DNA from: an uncultured Planctomycetaceae bacterium
GTDB taxonomy: Bacteria > Planctomycetota > Planctomycetia > Planctomycetales > Planctomycetaceae
Length of the DNA: 64,000 nt
Direction of reading: 5' to 3'
Assembly (NCBI GenBank): GCA_963813715.1
Contig: CAWFAK010000016.1
Span: 320,001-384,000 of the forward strand
Shown piece after piece: positions 43,516 through 55,074 of the stretch. Under the pieces are notes generated by a model. The model did not search any database and was not told the origin of the DNA. It saw only the letters and a list, made by a program, of their open reading frames with translations. Position numbers and translations under genes: made by a program. The number at the start of each line of letters is the position of its first letter. Position 1 is the first letter of the stretch.

Positions 43516-46426
43516 TCACGGGCCGCCCGGCTTCGGCTGATTCGAGTCCGGAACCGGTGTTTTGTCCTTCGCCTCCTGTTGAGGAGGCGGAACTTGGACC
43601 TTCATCTCGCGCAGTAACTGGCAGGCGAGCAGATTTTCGAACTGGTTCCAGTCGGTCGATTGGGCAGAGCGGATGAGATACTTCTTCGCATTCTCCAGGT
43701 CGCCTCGGTTCTTCAGAAAAACTCCGACAAAATACCGCAGGACCGATCCCGGCAAACCAGACTTGCTCTGGATCGCGTCGACTTTCGCGAGATCGAGAGG
43801 CTTCGCGCCCTTCGCTGCGAGCGCCTCGCGGAAGAGGACGGCAAGCGGGGTATAGACTTCGATTCCGCGTGATTCGACAAAATTCTCCGGGACCTTCGTC
43901 TCGATGACTTGCTTGAGCAGCGCATTGCGCTCGTCCGACTTGCCAAGCGTGTCGGCGACGATCACCCCGTGCATGCCGGCATAGCATTCGTGGAGGTATC
44001 CGTAGGCCTTTTGCAGCAGGATCAAGGCTTTGTCCGGCTCGCCGGTCGCCAGGTAGTAGCACGCAATTCTGCGATGTTGCTCGGCGAAGAGGGTCGTTCC
44101 CCAGCTTTCGCACTCTTTACGAGCCAATTCCTCCGCCTGGCGCACGTCACCGCGCCCGGTCCGATGGCACCAATACATCCAGTCAAATCGGCTGCCCTCA
44201 TAATTTTCCGAGACGGTTCGCACCAGCTGTTCGGACTTCTTCCACTCACCCAGCATTTCGTGACAGCGCGCCGCCGTCAGCATAGCCCAGGCGGCGCCCG
44301 TTTCGGCGGCGGCATCGGCGTAAGTCGTCGCCTCCTGAAAATCGAACCGATCGAGCGAGTCCAAAGCAATGTCGTTTTGCACTCGTGCGCGTTCGAGCCC
44401 CGACGTCGGCAGCTCGATGGCTTTGTCCAACGTCTCCTTCCACCGCGCGTGATCTTTCGTGGCTCGATAGACCGACGCCAACACTCGATACGAGGGATAG
44501 TCGGGATCGGCTTTTACGAGCAGTTTTGCGCACCGCTCCGCGTCGCCGTAGCGCTTCAATTTGCAGTAGCGATCCGTCAACGCCTTCGTCACCAATGGAT
44601 CGTCCGCGTAGGTCCTTTCGTAGCTCTCCATCTCCTTGGCCGCGTGCTGCCAATCGCGAGTGATGCGCGTGGCGATCGCGATCGGCAGCTTACTGCAGAT
44701 CGACCAGCACCATGCCATGTTGCCGGGGTTGACGCCGGTATCGTCGGGCTTGCCGAACCAGCCGTCTTTGATCGACAGCATCTGATCGGCCAGGAGGGCG
44801 TCACAGTGATAGCCGGGGACCTGGTGCCAGCCGTGAAGCTGCGGAGTGGGCTCCATGGCATACAGCCACTGTAAAACGGGCGCGTCGTTGAAAGTGACTT
44901 GTGTCAGATCGATCTTTGCTTTGAGCGCTTTCGCCGCGGGTTCCGCCGCCGCCTTGTTGAACGTGAAGGCGCCGAGACAAGCCGCGTAGGGATGGGCGGC
45001 ACAAAGCGAGGCCGAGTCGACATTGTCCCCCTCGAACCGCACGCGGCGCAGGGCTTGGCGAAATTGATGTCATCAATCATGTGCCCGAGAGCTGACAGAG
45101 ACGGCTCATCGCGGTCCGTTTGGGGCGCTCCCTCTCGTTTCAAAGCGGCCACCAGATCCTTGCGAAAGTCGATTTCCGACCGTTCGGGCAAACGTTCGCC
45201 GGCACCGCGGATCAGTTTTCGCGCGGACTCCGGCAGGCCGGTCGATGTCCGGCAGCCGTTTTCGCAGCAACGTGCCCGCGACCTCAAACGCGCTGTACGC
45301 TCCCTGCCTCATCGGGCCCAACGAACTCGATATCGCCAGGATGTTGTAAACGCGGGGGCATTCGGGGCAGTCTTTCTGCAATTCCAGTGCGGCCTTGATG
45401 GTGAGATCCTCCACATCCCCGAAGCGGACAGCCTGCAGGTTGAGGTAGCGCGCCAAGTCTGCGCTCCCGCGCAGAGCCGACGGACTTCATCATGCCGCGC
45501 AAGTCTCCGTGGGAGAATTTGTCGATCACGTCAGCGAACCAAGGCCACGGCCGGTCGGTGTCCGTCATCTTTTTCTTGGCTTGATCGATCCAGATGCTCG
45601 CGGCGTCGGGCATGCCGATCTGCGCCGCAACGTAGGCACTGGTGAACAGCGACCAGGGCGTGTCGTTCGTCTGCTTGGACAGTCGCTCCTGATAGAGCAT
45701 GGCCCGCGCATAGTAAACCTTGTGGGCCGCGCTGTTGTGGAAGTCCACCAGCGAACCGAGATTGGCATAACCAATTGCCAACGCGGACAACAGATCGCGA
45801 GACTCGCCTTTCTCGCGGATTTCGGCATGGAGCTGACGCACGCCGGCCATCACCGAAATCTCGTTCCAGGTCCAGATCAGTTCGTACGCCTTGCGCGGAA
45901 CTTCCGTCGTCGTCCGAGCCGGCGGGACGTGGCCTTTGAAACCCGCCTGGAGCAGGACGTCTTTAAACTCCTTCCGCGACCAAACCTCGGCCTTCACGTT
46001 GATGGAGACGAGGGGCGGAAAGTCATCGACCGTGAATTTCAATTGCCAAAGTGGTTTCTCGGGCGCTCCCTGGCGAGTCAGCACATATTCGAGCTTGCGG
46101 TCGTCGTTCGGATCGCGGGTGCGGCAAAAAAGCTCGAACGGCACCGACTGCTCGTCCGGCTTCTCCGGAAACTCCTCGCGGAGCATCGAATCGCGAGTGG
46201 TCAGCCCCAATTCGTCGCGGGCTGCGATCAGGAACGCTTGCCGCACGATTTCGCGCATTCCCATCGGCGGAATTCCGCCCGCAGGCCCGACAGCTTGCGG
46301 CTCGCGCACCGTGAGGAACACGGTTGATGGGACGTCGCGAGACTCGTCAGCATGGGCGGCGGTCGCGACAACCGTGCCCGCGCAGGCAAACAGGCAAAGA
46401 AGCCAAGTGGGCAACAAACGTAACAT
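43516..46426 (-). CDS. Secreted TPR-like hypothetical protein (~970 aa); frameshifts near 45460, 45230 and 45050
   Basis: Signal peptide, then helical Ala/Tyr-rich TPR-like segments across ORFs 45284..46426, 45106..45456, 44904..45287 and 43516..45042. Confidence 0.6.
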
Positions 46427-46481
46427 GGAATCCCTCAGACGAGTTGAACTGTGTCTGCGTGTATGCGCTGCGCTCGCCGCC

Positions 46482-47790
46482 CTACTTCGGCTGCTTGTAG
46501 AGCGTGCCGCCCTTCATCACCAGGCGGACTTTCCGCAGTGCGGAGATGTCGCGGGTCGGATCGCCCTCGACGGCGATCAGGTCGGCGAGCAGTCCCGGTT
46601 TGACCGTACCCAAGCGATCGTCGAGGTGCAGCACGCGGGCGTCGATCGACGTGGCCGACTTGAGGGCTTGCACGGGCGTCATGCCGTAGTCGACCATCAG
46701 CTCCAGCTCGCGGGCGTTGTCGCCGTGGGCGAAAACGCCGACGTCGCTGCCGCTGGCGATGGTCACGCCCGCGTCGAGGGCGGCCTTGAAGCTGGCTCGC
46801 TTGGCCTTAATGCGAGCCGGCTCTGGCTGCGAACCTTTGCGCCAGCCGCGGTATTGCGCGATCGCGTCGCCGGCGGCCAACGTGGGGCAGAGGGCCACAT
46901 GGCTCTCGGCCATCATCTTGAAGAGTTCCGGAGTTCCTTCGTCGCCGTGTTCGATCGTTTCTACGCCAGCCAGCGTCGCCCGCCGCGCCCCTTCGGCGGT
47001 TGTCGCGTGAGCCGAGACGGGACAGCCTGCTGAGCGGGCGGTGGCCACGATCAGCTTCAGCTCGTCGATGGAAAAGGTCGGCTGCGCCTGGTTGCCCGGC
47101 CCCCAACGATAGTCGGCATACACCTTCACCCAGTCGGCCCCGGCCCCGATCTGGCTCCGCACGACACGCACGAGATTCGACGCGTCGGCCTCTTCGGCTC
47201 CCTGAGGCACGGGCAGGTGGCTATCGGTGCGCCGTGGACCGTAACTACCCGTCGCCACGATGGCCCGCGTCACCACCAGCATCCGCGGACCGGGAATGAT
47301 GCCCTTCTCGATCGATTGCTTAAGTCCCACGTCCGCATCAGCCGCCCCCTCCGTCCCCAGGTCGCGCACGGTGGTGAAGCCGGCTAACAGCGTGGCCCGC
47401 GCGTGTTGCGTCGCGCGGCAAACACGTTCGGCCAGCGACTCCTTCAGCACCTGGTCATCCCACGACGTTTCGTTGTAGGGATGCAGAAACATGTGCGAAT
47501 GGGCCTCGATCAGTCCCGGCAAGAGCGTCATCCCCGGCAGCTCGATCGTCCGCGCCCCCGCCGGGACTTTGACTTCCTGCGCCGGTCCCGCTTGATCGAT
47601 TCGCTCGCCTTCCACGACGACGATCCAGCCTTCGTGCGTGGTCTCGCTCTCGCCGTCAAAGACGCGCAGCGGGTTTCAACACCAGCGGTGTTTTCGGATT
47701 GGCCGCAGAGCCATCGCCGCCTGCCAGTTGAGCGGCCGACACCGGCCACGCGGCCAATAAGCTGACTGCGGCCAGAATGAGTGAGGGCAT
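46482..47790 (-). CDS. Secreted metal-dependent amidohydrolase (Xaa-Pro dipeptidase-like subgroup); frameshift near 47665
   Basis: [48 protein letters not shown]. Confidence 0.9.
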
Positions 47791-47847
47791 GATCGTTCGC
47801 CTGCGGTGACGCGGGGAGGAAAGCAAATGTGTCATCAATAGCCGAGA

Positions 47848-48462
47848 TTATCGCCGTCGCCGCCGCGTTGCGAGGAATTGTTCGTCGAAAGAGCGGCGAG
47901 CCGTCGGACGGTGTCGAGCGGACCAGCGTTTGGTGGACGGCGAACAGCGCGACGACCAGAAACGGCCAACTGAACCAGGGCCAGAAGCTGACCCAGCGCG
48001 GCAACCGGTCGCCCGCCGTGACGTCGAACGACGTCCGCGCGGTCCCTGCCGGTCCTTCGACGTCAATCGAGACCGTCCACTCGCCCGCCCGTCGGCAGTT
48101 GGAACGTGGCCGAGTGAAACAGTTTGTTGGTCGTGGCCCCACTGTGCGCTGACATAAAGTCGGGCCTCGTCGGGTTCGTCGCGCGGCGCGAGCGACAGAC
48201 GGACATTGGCGTCGGGCAGGGCGTCGCCCGTCGTCGCATCCTGCGACCAGCACGTTGATCTCGACTGGGCCGGAACGGAACGGATTGGGCGAGGTGAGGG
48301 CCGTGATGCGATAGGGTCCCTGCGTCTGTGACAGCCGCACGGTGCCGCCGTCGGCGAAGGTCGCGAGCGTCTGCACCCAGCGAGGATCACACCAATCGAG
48401 AGCGCGAGGGCTGCCCATCGACACGGAACCCGCCAGCCGCACTTCGCCCGAAATTGGCTCAT
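47848..48462 (-). CDS. Exported Ig-like (YtkA/FixH-like) protein with C-terminal TM; frameshifted, 3' end uncertain
   Basis: Signal, ADGGTVRL, ITALTSPNPFRSGPVEINVLVQD, ATNKLFH, GEWTVSIDVEG, C-terminal WPWFSWPFLVVALF. Confidence 0.55.
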   Translation of the reverse strand: MSQFRAKCGWRVPCRWAALALSIGVILAGCRRSRPSPTAAPCGCHRRRDPIASRPSPRPIRSVPAQSRSTCWSQDATTGDALPDANVRLSLAPRDEPDEARLYVSAQWGHDQQTVSLGHVPTADGRASGRSRLTSKDRQGPRGRRSTSRRATGCRAGSASGPGSVGRFWSSRCSPSTKRWSARHRPTARRSFDEQFLATRRRRR

Positions 48463-48464
48463 GC

Positions 48465-50799
48465 TTAGCCGCCTCCCGGCAACGTGCCGCGCATTTGCAT
48501 CGGCTGGAACACGATCCAGACCGCGGCCGCAAACAACAAGAGGATCAACACGCCCCACGGGGCAAATCCCGCGAGCGCCTCGCGACGGTCGCGAGGCGTC
48601 CCGCTGTGCGATGCGATAACCGGTGTAAAGCGACAGCAAGAATCCGGCGTCAGCGAACACGAGCTCCAACCTCACGAGCCAGTCGCCCACCGGCCGACAG
48701 CAGGCGCATTGGTACCGCGGCTCGCCGCCGAAGGTGTAGCCGAGATCCTGCAGTGCCCGCTGCGTGGCGGGCAGCGCCGTCTCCCAACTCGTCAAAAAGT
48801 GAAAGCTGTAGTGCGAGAGCCAAACGCCAAAACCGATCGGCACGAGCGCGTACGCAAACCGGGTGGCCACGTCGAGCACGCTTCCGCGAAAACTGTCCCC
48901 AGCGGCGGCTGAACGCGGCGGCGAGTCCGACCGTCGTCGCCGGCAGCACGACCAGGCCCAGAAGCGTGAACAGCGTGGTCGTCACCCACGCCGGCGGATC
49001 GCCCAGCCAGGTCCGCAGTTGATCCAACTCGTCGACGACCGGTCCGACCATTCCCGCCGCGTTGGTGAGCGCCCCGAACGTGAGCACGACGACGAGCGCG
49101 GCCAGGTCCGTCCGCGTTCCGAAGCGACCTATCCCTGAGCGAAACGGATCGCGCCAGAGTTCCGCTCCCGGCAGGCCGGCAATCAGGCCGACGTTGTCGT
49201 GCGGGCAGGAGTGGACGCAGTCGAGACAAAACGTGCAGTCCATGTTGCTCGACTTGTGCGGCTGAAAGAGCCGCGTCGGGCAGCCGGGAACGACTGCGCT
49301 CCCGCGGATGCACTCGTGCGTGCGGCACGAGGCGCAGCGATCGGGCGCGCGGACTTTGACCTGCAGCGGCGACACCAGCGACTGCACGAAATTGAACTGG
49401 CCGATCGGACAGACGTACTTGCAGAACGTGCCGGCCCGGAAGAATCCGTCGACGGCAAACGCCGCCACGAAATAGCTGACGACAATCCAGGCCGTCCACC
49501 GCGGACTGTCCCAGAGCGCGAACGTCTCGTAGCCCCAGAGAAACAGGGCCACGAACACCAGCGACAGCCATTTCGTCCGCAGCCAGTGCGGCCAGACGCG
49601 GCCGAAGCCCAGCCAACGGCCGGCCAGTCGCCGCGGCAGCGTGAAGGGACAGGCCATGCAGGAGAAGTTGCCCGCGACGAGCAGGGCCAGGATCAGCAAG
49701 CCGCGCCAATGAATCCAGGGCAGCACCCCGGCCAGATTCAAGGGGGCCAGCTGCCGCCCGTGAAGACCATCGACAATCACTGCTCCCGCCAAAACAGCGA
49801 GCGGCAACTGCAACGCGACGCGCGCATGTCGCCATTTGAGAAACCGCCCAATCAGCGGAACATGCAGCAGATCAAAACCCCCGGCCGGCGCAGACTGGAG
49901 CACAGGGAGCTGGAATGTTGAAAGCGCGGGTGCGGTGCGAGCCCGTGGCGCTCGCGGCGGTCCGCGCGGTGACAACGCGCGCTCCCGAGGAGAACAGCAG
50001 CCGCACGCCGATCGCGAAGAGCGGCACCAGAAAAGCCACCGACCCCGGCACCCACATGATGACGCCGGCCGCCGCCTGGTCCGCGAGCGGCGACACCCCT
50101 GCCAGCGGCGGGATCTCCGTGTAATAAGGATAGAGGGGGCGACTCGCGAAGGTCGAGGAGCGCCGAGAGCAGCGTGTTCTGCACGTCGGCCAAATCAGGT
50201 AGGGCACAAGGAGCCAGAGCGACCAGCGTCGGCCGGCTCGGATAGGGTCGGATGACCGGGTACCAGAAGAGAAGCCCCGCGGCCAGAAAGCACGCGTGCT
50301 CGAGGTAGTGGCTGGCATCGGAACGGAGAGCCCAGACGTACGGCCCCGGTGCGTGCCAAATCCAGATCGCCGCAATGAAGACGGGCAGCGCCACGAACGG
50401 ATGCGTCAACCCGCCGAAAAATCGCCGCACCACGCGGGCCCGCAGCACGGGTCCGATCCAATGCGTGCGAATCGTCGCCGGCACGCCGCGAAGTAGCGGA
50501 AAGAACGGTGCCCCCAGCCAGATCAACGCGGGTGCGACCATCAACAAGAGCAGGTGCTGCACCATGTGCAGCGACAACAGGAGCGAGGCAAACGGCTCGA
50601 TCGGTGAGCCGAGCGCGAGAAAGATCGCCGCCAGCCCGCCGACAAACGCCAAGAGGCGTGCGCCAGTCCAGCGGGCGGGCGCCCGACGACGCAACTCGAC
50701 CCAGCCGCGTAAATAAACAGCCGCGCTCAAGAGGAGCGTTACGATCAGCGCCGGATTGGACGGCCACGATCGCAAGAACGCGTCGAACGCGGGATTCAT
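48465..50799 (-). CDS. CtaG-like cytochrome c oxidase assembly domain fused to a membrane 4Fe-4S (NosR/NapH/CcoG-like) domain; frameshifted
   Basis: SPIE, HMVQHLLL, WHAP, HYLEH, DQAAAGVIMWVPG, then CMACP, CKYVCP, CASCxxxxC, CTFCLDCVHSCP, HYSFHF, CACC. Confidence 0.78.
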
Positions 50800-50829
50800 G
50801 GCAACGTGCGATTCAAGGCAATATTGAAT

Positions 50830-52327
50830 TCAAGGCTGTGGATCAGCGTGTGGCTGCGCGGCCGGTATGGCCGGCGGCTGGCCCGCCGGTCGCAGGCTCG
50901 CCAAAAACGCGGCCAGCGCCGTCATCTGGGGAGCATCGATCTGCTTGCCGTAAGCCGGCATCTCGCCGCCTCCCGGCGCGCCCTTGGCGCCCGGCGTTCC
51001 GTTACTGACCTGGTCGATGAGCTGGTCTCGCGTGAGTCGCACGCCCACCGTCGTCAGGTCGGGGCCGCGTTGTCCGCCGATGCCGTCGATCGCGTGGCAG
51101 TTGCGACAATTCTTGTTCTGAAAGACGACCGCGCCCTGCAATTCCAGGGGCGAGCTGTGCTCGACGAGGCGGACGGGAATCGGGTCGCCGCTCCATGCGG
51201 TCATCGTCGGGCGACCAAGGGGCCGTTTGCCCTTCATACGTCAATATGCCCAGCACCGTATAAATGACAATCACCGAAAGCACGGCCACCGGCCGCCGGC
51301 TCGGCGCCCGCTCGCCCCGGTTGCTGACGAAGGGAACCAGGAACAAGGCGACGATCAACACCACGGGAAAGACGAGCATGACGAACGTCTCGATCGACGG
51401 CGGACTGAGCGCGAGCAGTGCGAACAGCCACAGGAAGGGCCATTCGGGACGCGGATTGGCTCCGGGCAGCGTCGGGTCGGGCGGGCCGGTCGGCCCCTTG
51501 GGACCCAGGATGGCCGCGATCGCCACCACCACGATCACCGCGACGGCCGAGGCGAACAGGTCCTTGAGCAAAGCATCGCCCAGGAACGGCACGCCCGACT
51601 TCGTCACCGATTCGTGATATTCCGCGTCGTACGTCCGCGGGTCGACGAGCACGCCGGGCCGCGGCACATCGCTGATGCCGCAGCTCAACACCAGCCACAA
51701 ATGAACCCCGAGCGCCGCCAGCAGCGTGCCGGGAATGACAAAGACGTGCAGTGCGAAGAAGCGGCTGAGCGAATCGGCACCGATCACCGGGCCGCCGAGC
51801 AACACCTCCACTATCCACGGCCCGAGAACGGGAACGCGGCCGGCCATCGACGCGCCGACCCCCAGTCCCCAATACGCATCGGGGTCCCACCGCAAAATCT
51901 GCCCAGTGAAGAACATGCCCAACGTGCACAACAGCAGGCAGACGCCCACGACCCAGGTCATCTCGCGCGGATATTTGTAGGCCCCCTGCAGAAAGACCTG
52001 CGTCATGTGGGCCAGCACCATCACGACCATGCCCGAGCCGGCGTAATAATGCAGCGACCGCAGGAACCAGCCCAGGGGCTCAACCTCGTTGAGATAGAGC
52101 AGGCTCGCGTAGGCTTTGTCGGCCGAGGGGACGTAAACGAGCGCCAGGCCAATGCCCGTGACAATCTGCACCGCCAACAGCGTCATCGACGCGCTGCCGA
52201 AGATGTACCACCAGCCCATCGGACCGTCGACCGCACGGGGGATCGGATGGCGGAGCACGGGCAACAGCGTGCTGCTGATTCCCAGCCGCCGATCGAACCA
52301 ATCCCCAACCTGGCGCACCCAGCGCAT
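50830..52327 (-). CDS. qcrB: Cytochrome b (Rieske/cytb complex) with fused C-terminal c-type cytochrome; frameshift near 51205
   Basis: RSLHYYAGS...LAHM, FFALH...GVHL, PEWP, then CRNCH...GPDLT...MPAY. Confidence 0.88.
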
Positions 52328-52351
52328 CGCGATCTCTTTCAGGTGATTTCT

Positions 52352-52959
52352 TTAGGCGATCTTGGAGGAGGCGGCCCGGGCCGAGCAGTCCCCCACCTCG
52401 GTCGATTTCGTCAGCGTGTTTTGCAGTGTCGGGTAGTGCGGAGCTTGAATCTCCAGGCGATCGCTTTCCACCCGCCACACACAGGAATAAAGGCCGCGCG
52501 GCGGAGGGCCCGAAGCGCGGCTGCCGTCGGAGTAATAAGCGCCGCCGTGACACGGGCACATGAACAGGGCCGACTCGGGAAACCAGGTGACCGGGCAGCC
52601 CAAATGCGCGCAGTTCACATCGAGCACGAGAAACTGATCTTTGCCGGCCGAGTCCTTGCCTTCGTAACGGACGAAGACGGTGGCCCGCGCGACCATGCCG
52701 TCCCAAGGCTGACGCAACGGATTATCAAACGTGACGCGGCGTGTCTCGTTGAGCGGAAATTCGCCCACCGCCCCCAGGCCGACCCAATCGACGGGCGTCT
52801 GGCGGGGCCGCAATACGTAGGCAATCAGCGGTGCGCCGGCGAGCACTCCCGCCGCGACGGAGACCGCCCCCGTGAGGACACGAAAGAACCAACGCCGTGG
52901 CGGATCGGGCGCCCGCTCGGCGCGGGGGACGAGCCTGTCTGGGCTTCGGTCGCTGCCAT
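52352..52959 (-). CDS. qcrA: Rieske 2Fe-2S subunit with Tat anchor; frameshift near 52920
   Basis: RRWFF plus TM, CAHLGC, CPCHGG, GPPPRGL. Confidence 0.9.
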
Positions 52960-53790
52960 CACGGAGTCCTGTCGCTGCGAGTTGTTTCCACGGATTGCGA
53001 ACCCAAGCCGGCCGATGCGACAGCCGCCGGCTGCTTCTCCAGCGATCGCAGGTAGGCCACGAGGTCGTTAATTTCGTCGGAGGACAGCGGGCGGAAGTCG
53101 TCGTCCCGGCCATCGGTCTGGGCGTAGTCGGGCATCTTGAGATCGGATCGGCCCGTAATGATCAGGCGGCGGAGCACCTGGTCGCTCAAGAGCGCCAAAA
53201 AGGCCGGGTCGCCGATCGCGCCGGCGGAGTCGCCTTTTCCTCTGTCGCCGTGGCAGCCAGAGCAGGCTCGCTCGTAGGCTTGCGCGCCCCGCTGGACGGC
53301 GGCTGTCGAGTGGTCGATTTTTTCCTTCGGCAGCGCGTAGGCGGGAACTGCGTGATCATCCTTTGGACTCGGCTTCCAGTGCGTCTTAAGTTCCGTCGTC
53401 AGCACCTGCATTTGCCTCGCCGTCAGCGTGCCCCCTTTGTCCTGCGAGAAGGCGGGCATCAAGCGTGCCAGGACGGCCGTCGCGAATCACGTCCCGCACG
53501 ACCGCATCGGGGACGATTTTGAGAAATAGCGGATCATTGAGCGGCGGAGCCGGACCGAGCCGTCCGTCCGGACCGTGACAGCCGGCACAATTCGTCGCAT
53601 AAAGTGCGTCGAAACCCAGCACTTCGTCGGCGGGCACGGTACGAATCTGGGCATTGCGCTGTCCGGGGAAGTCGCAACCGACGAGGACGAGCGCCAAGCA
53701 GGCCAGCCCCGCGACCGGCGCACCCCGGCGGGCACGGCCCGGATTGGGTCGCGTTGAAGTCTGCGTCATTGGCACGGGGTGAGTCTTCAT
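52959..53790 (-). CDS. Diheme cytochrome c lipoprotein; frameshift near 53465
   Basis: Lipobox LVGC, CAGCH...MPAF, CSGCH...MPDY. Confidence 0.85.
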
Positions 53791-55064
53791 GTCGGCCCCG
53801 GGGCTGCTCCTGCCGGCGGCACGAGGATCTGTTCCGAACGGACGATCACAATGGCCGCCACAATGCCGAACACAAATTGCGACACCACAAACCAGGGCCA
53901 GTTCACCCGTACCTGCAACAGCGGGTTGACCACGCCCATCAGGCTGTAGCTGGCCGCGGTCCAGAGAATGGGCATCAGCACGCCGCCCCAAACAAACGGG
54001 CCGGGAATCGGCCGCAGTCGCGGCAGCAGAATTCCATACAAGAGCCCCAGCCCGAGCGACATCACGATGTGGATGACAATTGCCGTCGTCAGCCAGTCGC
54101 CGTTGAACTGCATCAACTGCTCGGTCGACAAGTGGTCCAAGCCGCGGCGGACCATTCCCGTCAGCAAATTCGCGGGATACCAGAGGCCGTAACCGCTTGC
54201 CAGGCTCCAGAGCACGGCGGGGATCGGCATCAACAGCCCGCCCACCAGCCCGGCGCACACGCCGACGACCGGTGCCGGCAACCGATGTTGCAGCTGAATA
54301 AAGACGAACGCCGCCACAACGCCGAAAACAAATTGCGACGCAATGAACCAGGGCCAGTTGACCCCATTGTTGAGCGCCGGATTTACTACCGCCATAAAGC
54401 TGAAGGTCACGGCCGTCCAGAACACGGGCATCAGTGCTCCGCCCCAGGCGAGCGGTTTGCGAATCTCCGGCAACGTCGGCAGGAGCACGCCGTACAAGAG
54501 TCCCAGCGTGGCCGACATCGTCACGTGCACGAGGGCACCGACCACGAACAGCGACAGATGGAATTGCCCCAGCTCCTCGCGCCCGAGGCCGCCGACGCCC
54601 GGCATGGCAATTCCGGCCAGCAGATTGAGCGGATACCAGAGGCCGTGCCCGCTCAAGAGAGCATAGACGAGGGCGGGAATCGGCATGATGAGCCCGCCCA
54701 GCAGGCCCCCTTTCACGCCGGCTGAAATCGGATGGACTTTTTCGGGCAGCCGGATGCGATAGCCGGGCATCCCCAGTTCCAGCCGCTCGACGGCTCCCAT
54801 TTGGGCGGCGATCGCTGGGCCTGCAGCGGTGATTGCCTCGTGCATGTGACCGCGACCGGGCAACAGCGACGCCACCCACGCGACGATCCCGTAGATGAGA
54901 ATCACCGCGCCGACCAGGCCGAGCACCGGCCCCAGCGCAAAGCCGCTGAGCAACAACGTCGTCCCCAAGCCGACGATCAGCGGTGCGATGGTGGGCCGCG
55001 GCATCTCGACGGAGGTCTCCCGCGAGATGGCTTCGCTTCCGGTTGTTTGCGGTTCGCCGGTCAC
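53787..55064 (-). CDS. Membrane protein: N-terminal 2-TM (oxidase subunit IV-like) plus two tandem 152-aa 4-TM repeats
   Basis: MPRPTIAP...2 TM, then a duplicated G..GGL.MPIPA...GLWYP.NLL...H..MS...GLLYG.LLP...MP..WTA...VVNP.L...VNWPWF..SQFVFG unit. Confidence 0.75.
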   Translation of the reverse strand: MTGEPQTTGSEAISRETSVEMPRPTIAPLIVGLGTTLLLSGFALGPVLGLVGAVILIYGIVAWVASLLPGRGHMHEAITAAGPAIAAQMGAVERLELGMPGYRIRLPEKVHPISAGVKGGLLGGLIMPIPALVYALLSGHGLWYPLNLLAGIAMPGVGGLGREELGQFHLSLFVVGALVHVTMSATLGLLYGVLLPTLPEIRKPLAWGGALMPVFWTAVTFSFMAVVNPALNNGVNWPWFIASQFVFGVVAAFVFIQLQHRLPAPVVGVCAGLVGGLLMPIPAVLWSLASGYGLWYPANLLTGMVRRGLDHLSTEQLMQFNGDWLTTAIVIHIVMSLGLGLLYGILLPRLRPIPGPFVWGGVLMPILWTAASYSLMGVVNPLLQVRVNWPWFVVSQFVFGIVAAIVIVRSEQILVPPAGAAPGPT

Positions 55065-55074
55065 GGACTGAGCC

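Noticed and set aside
51227..53071. 614-aa plus-strand ORF over qcrA/qcrB
   Set aside because: Antisense shadow of well-supported minus-strand genes.
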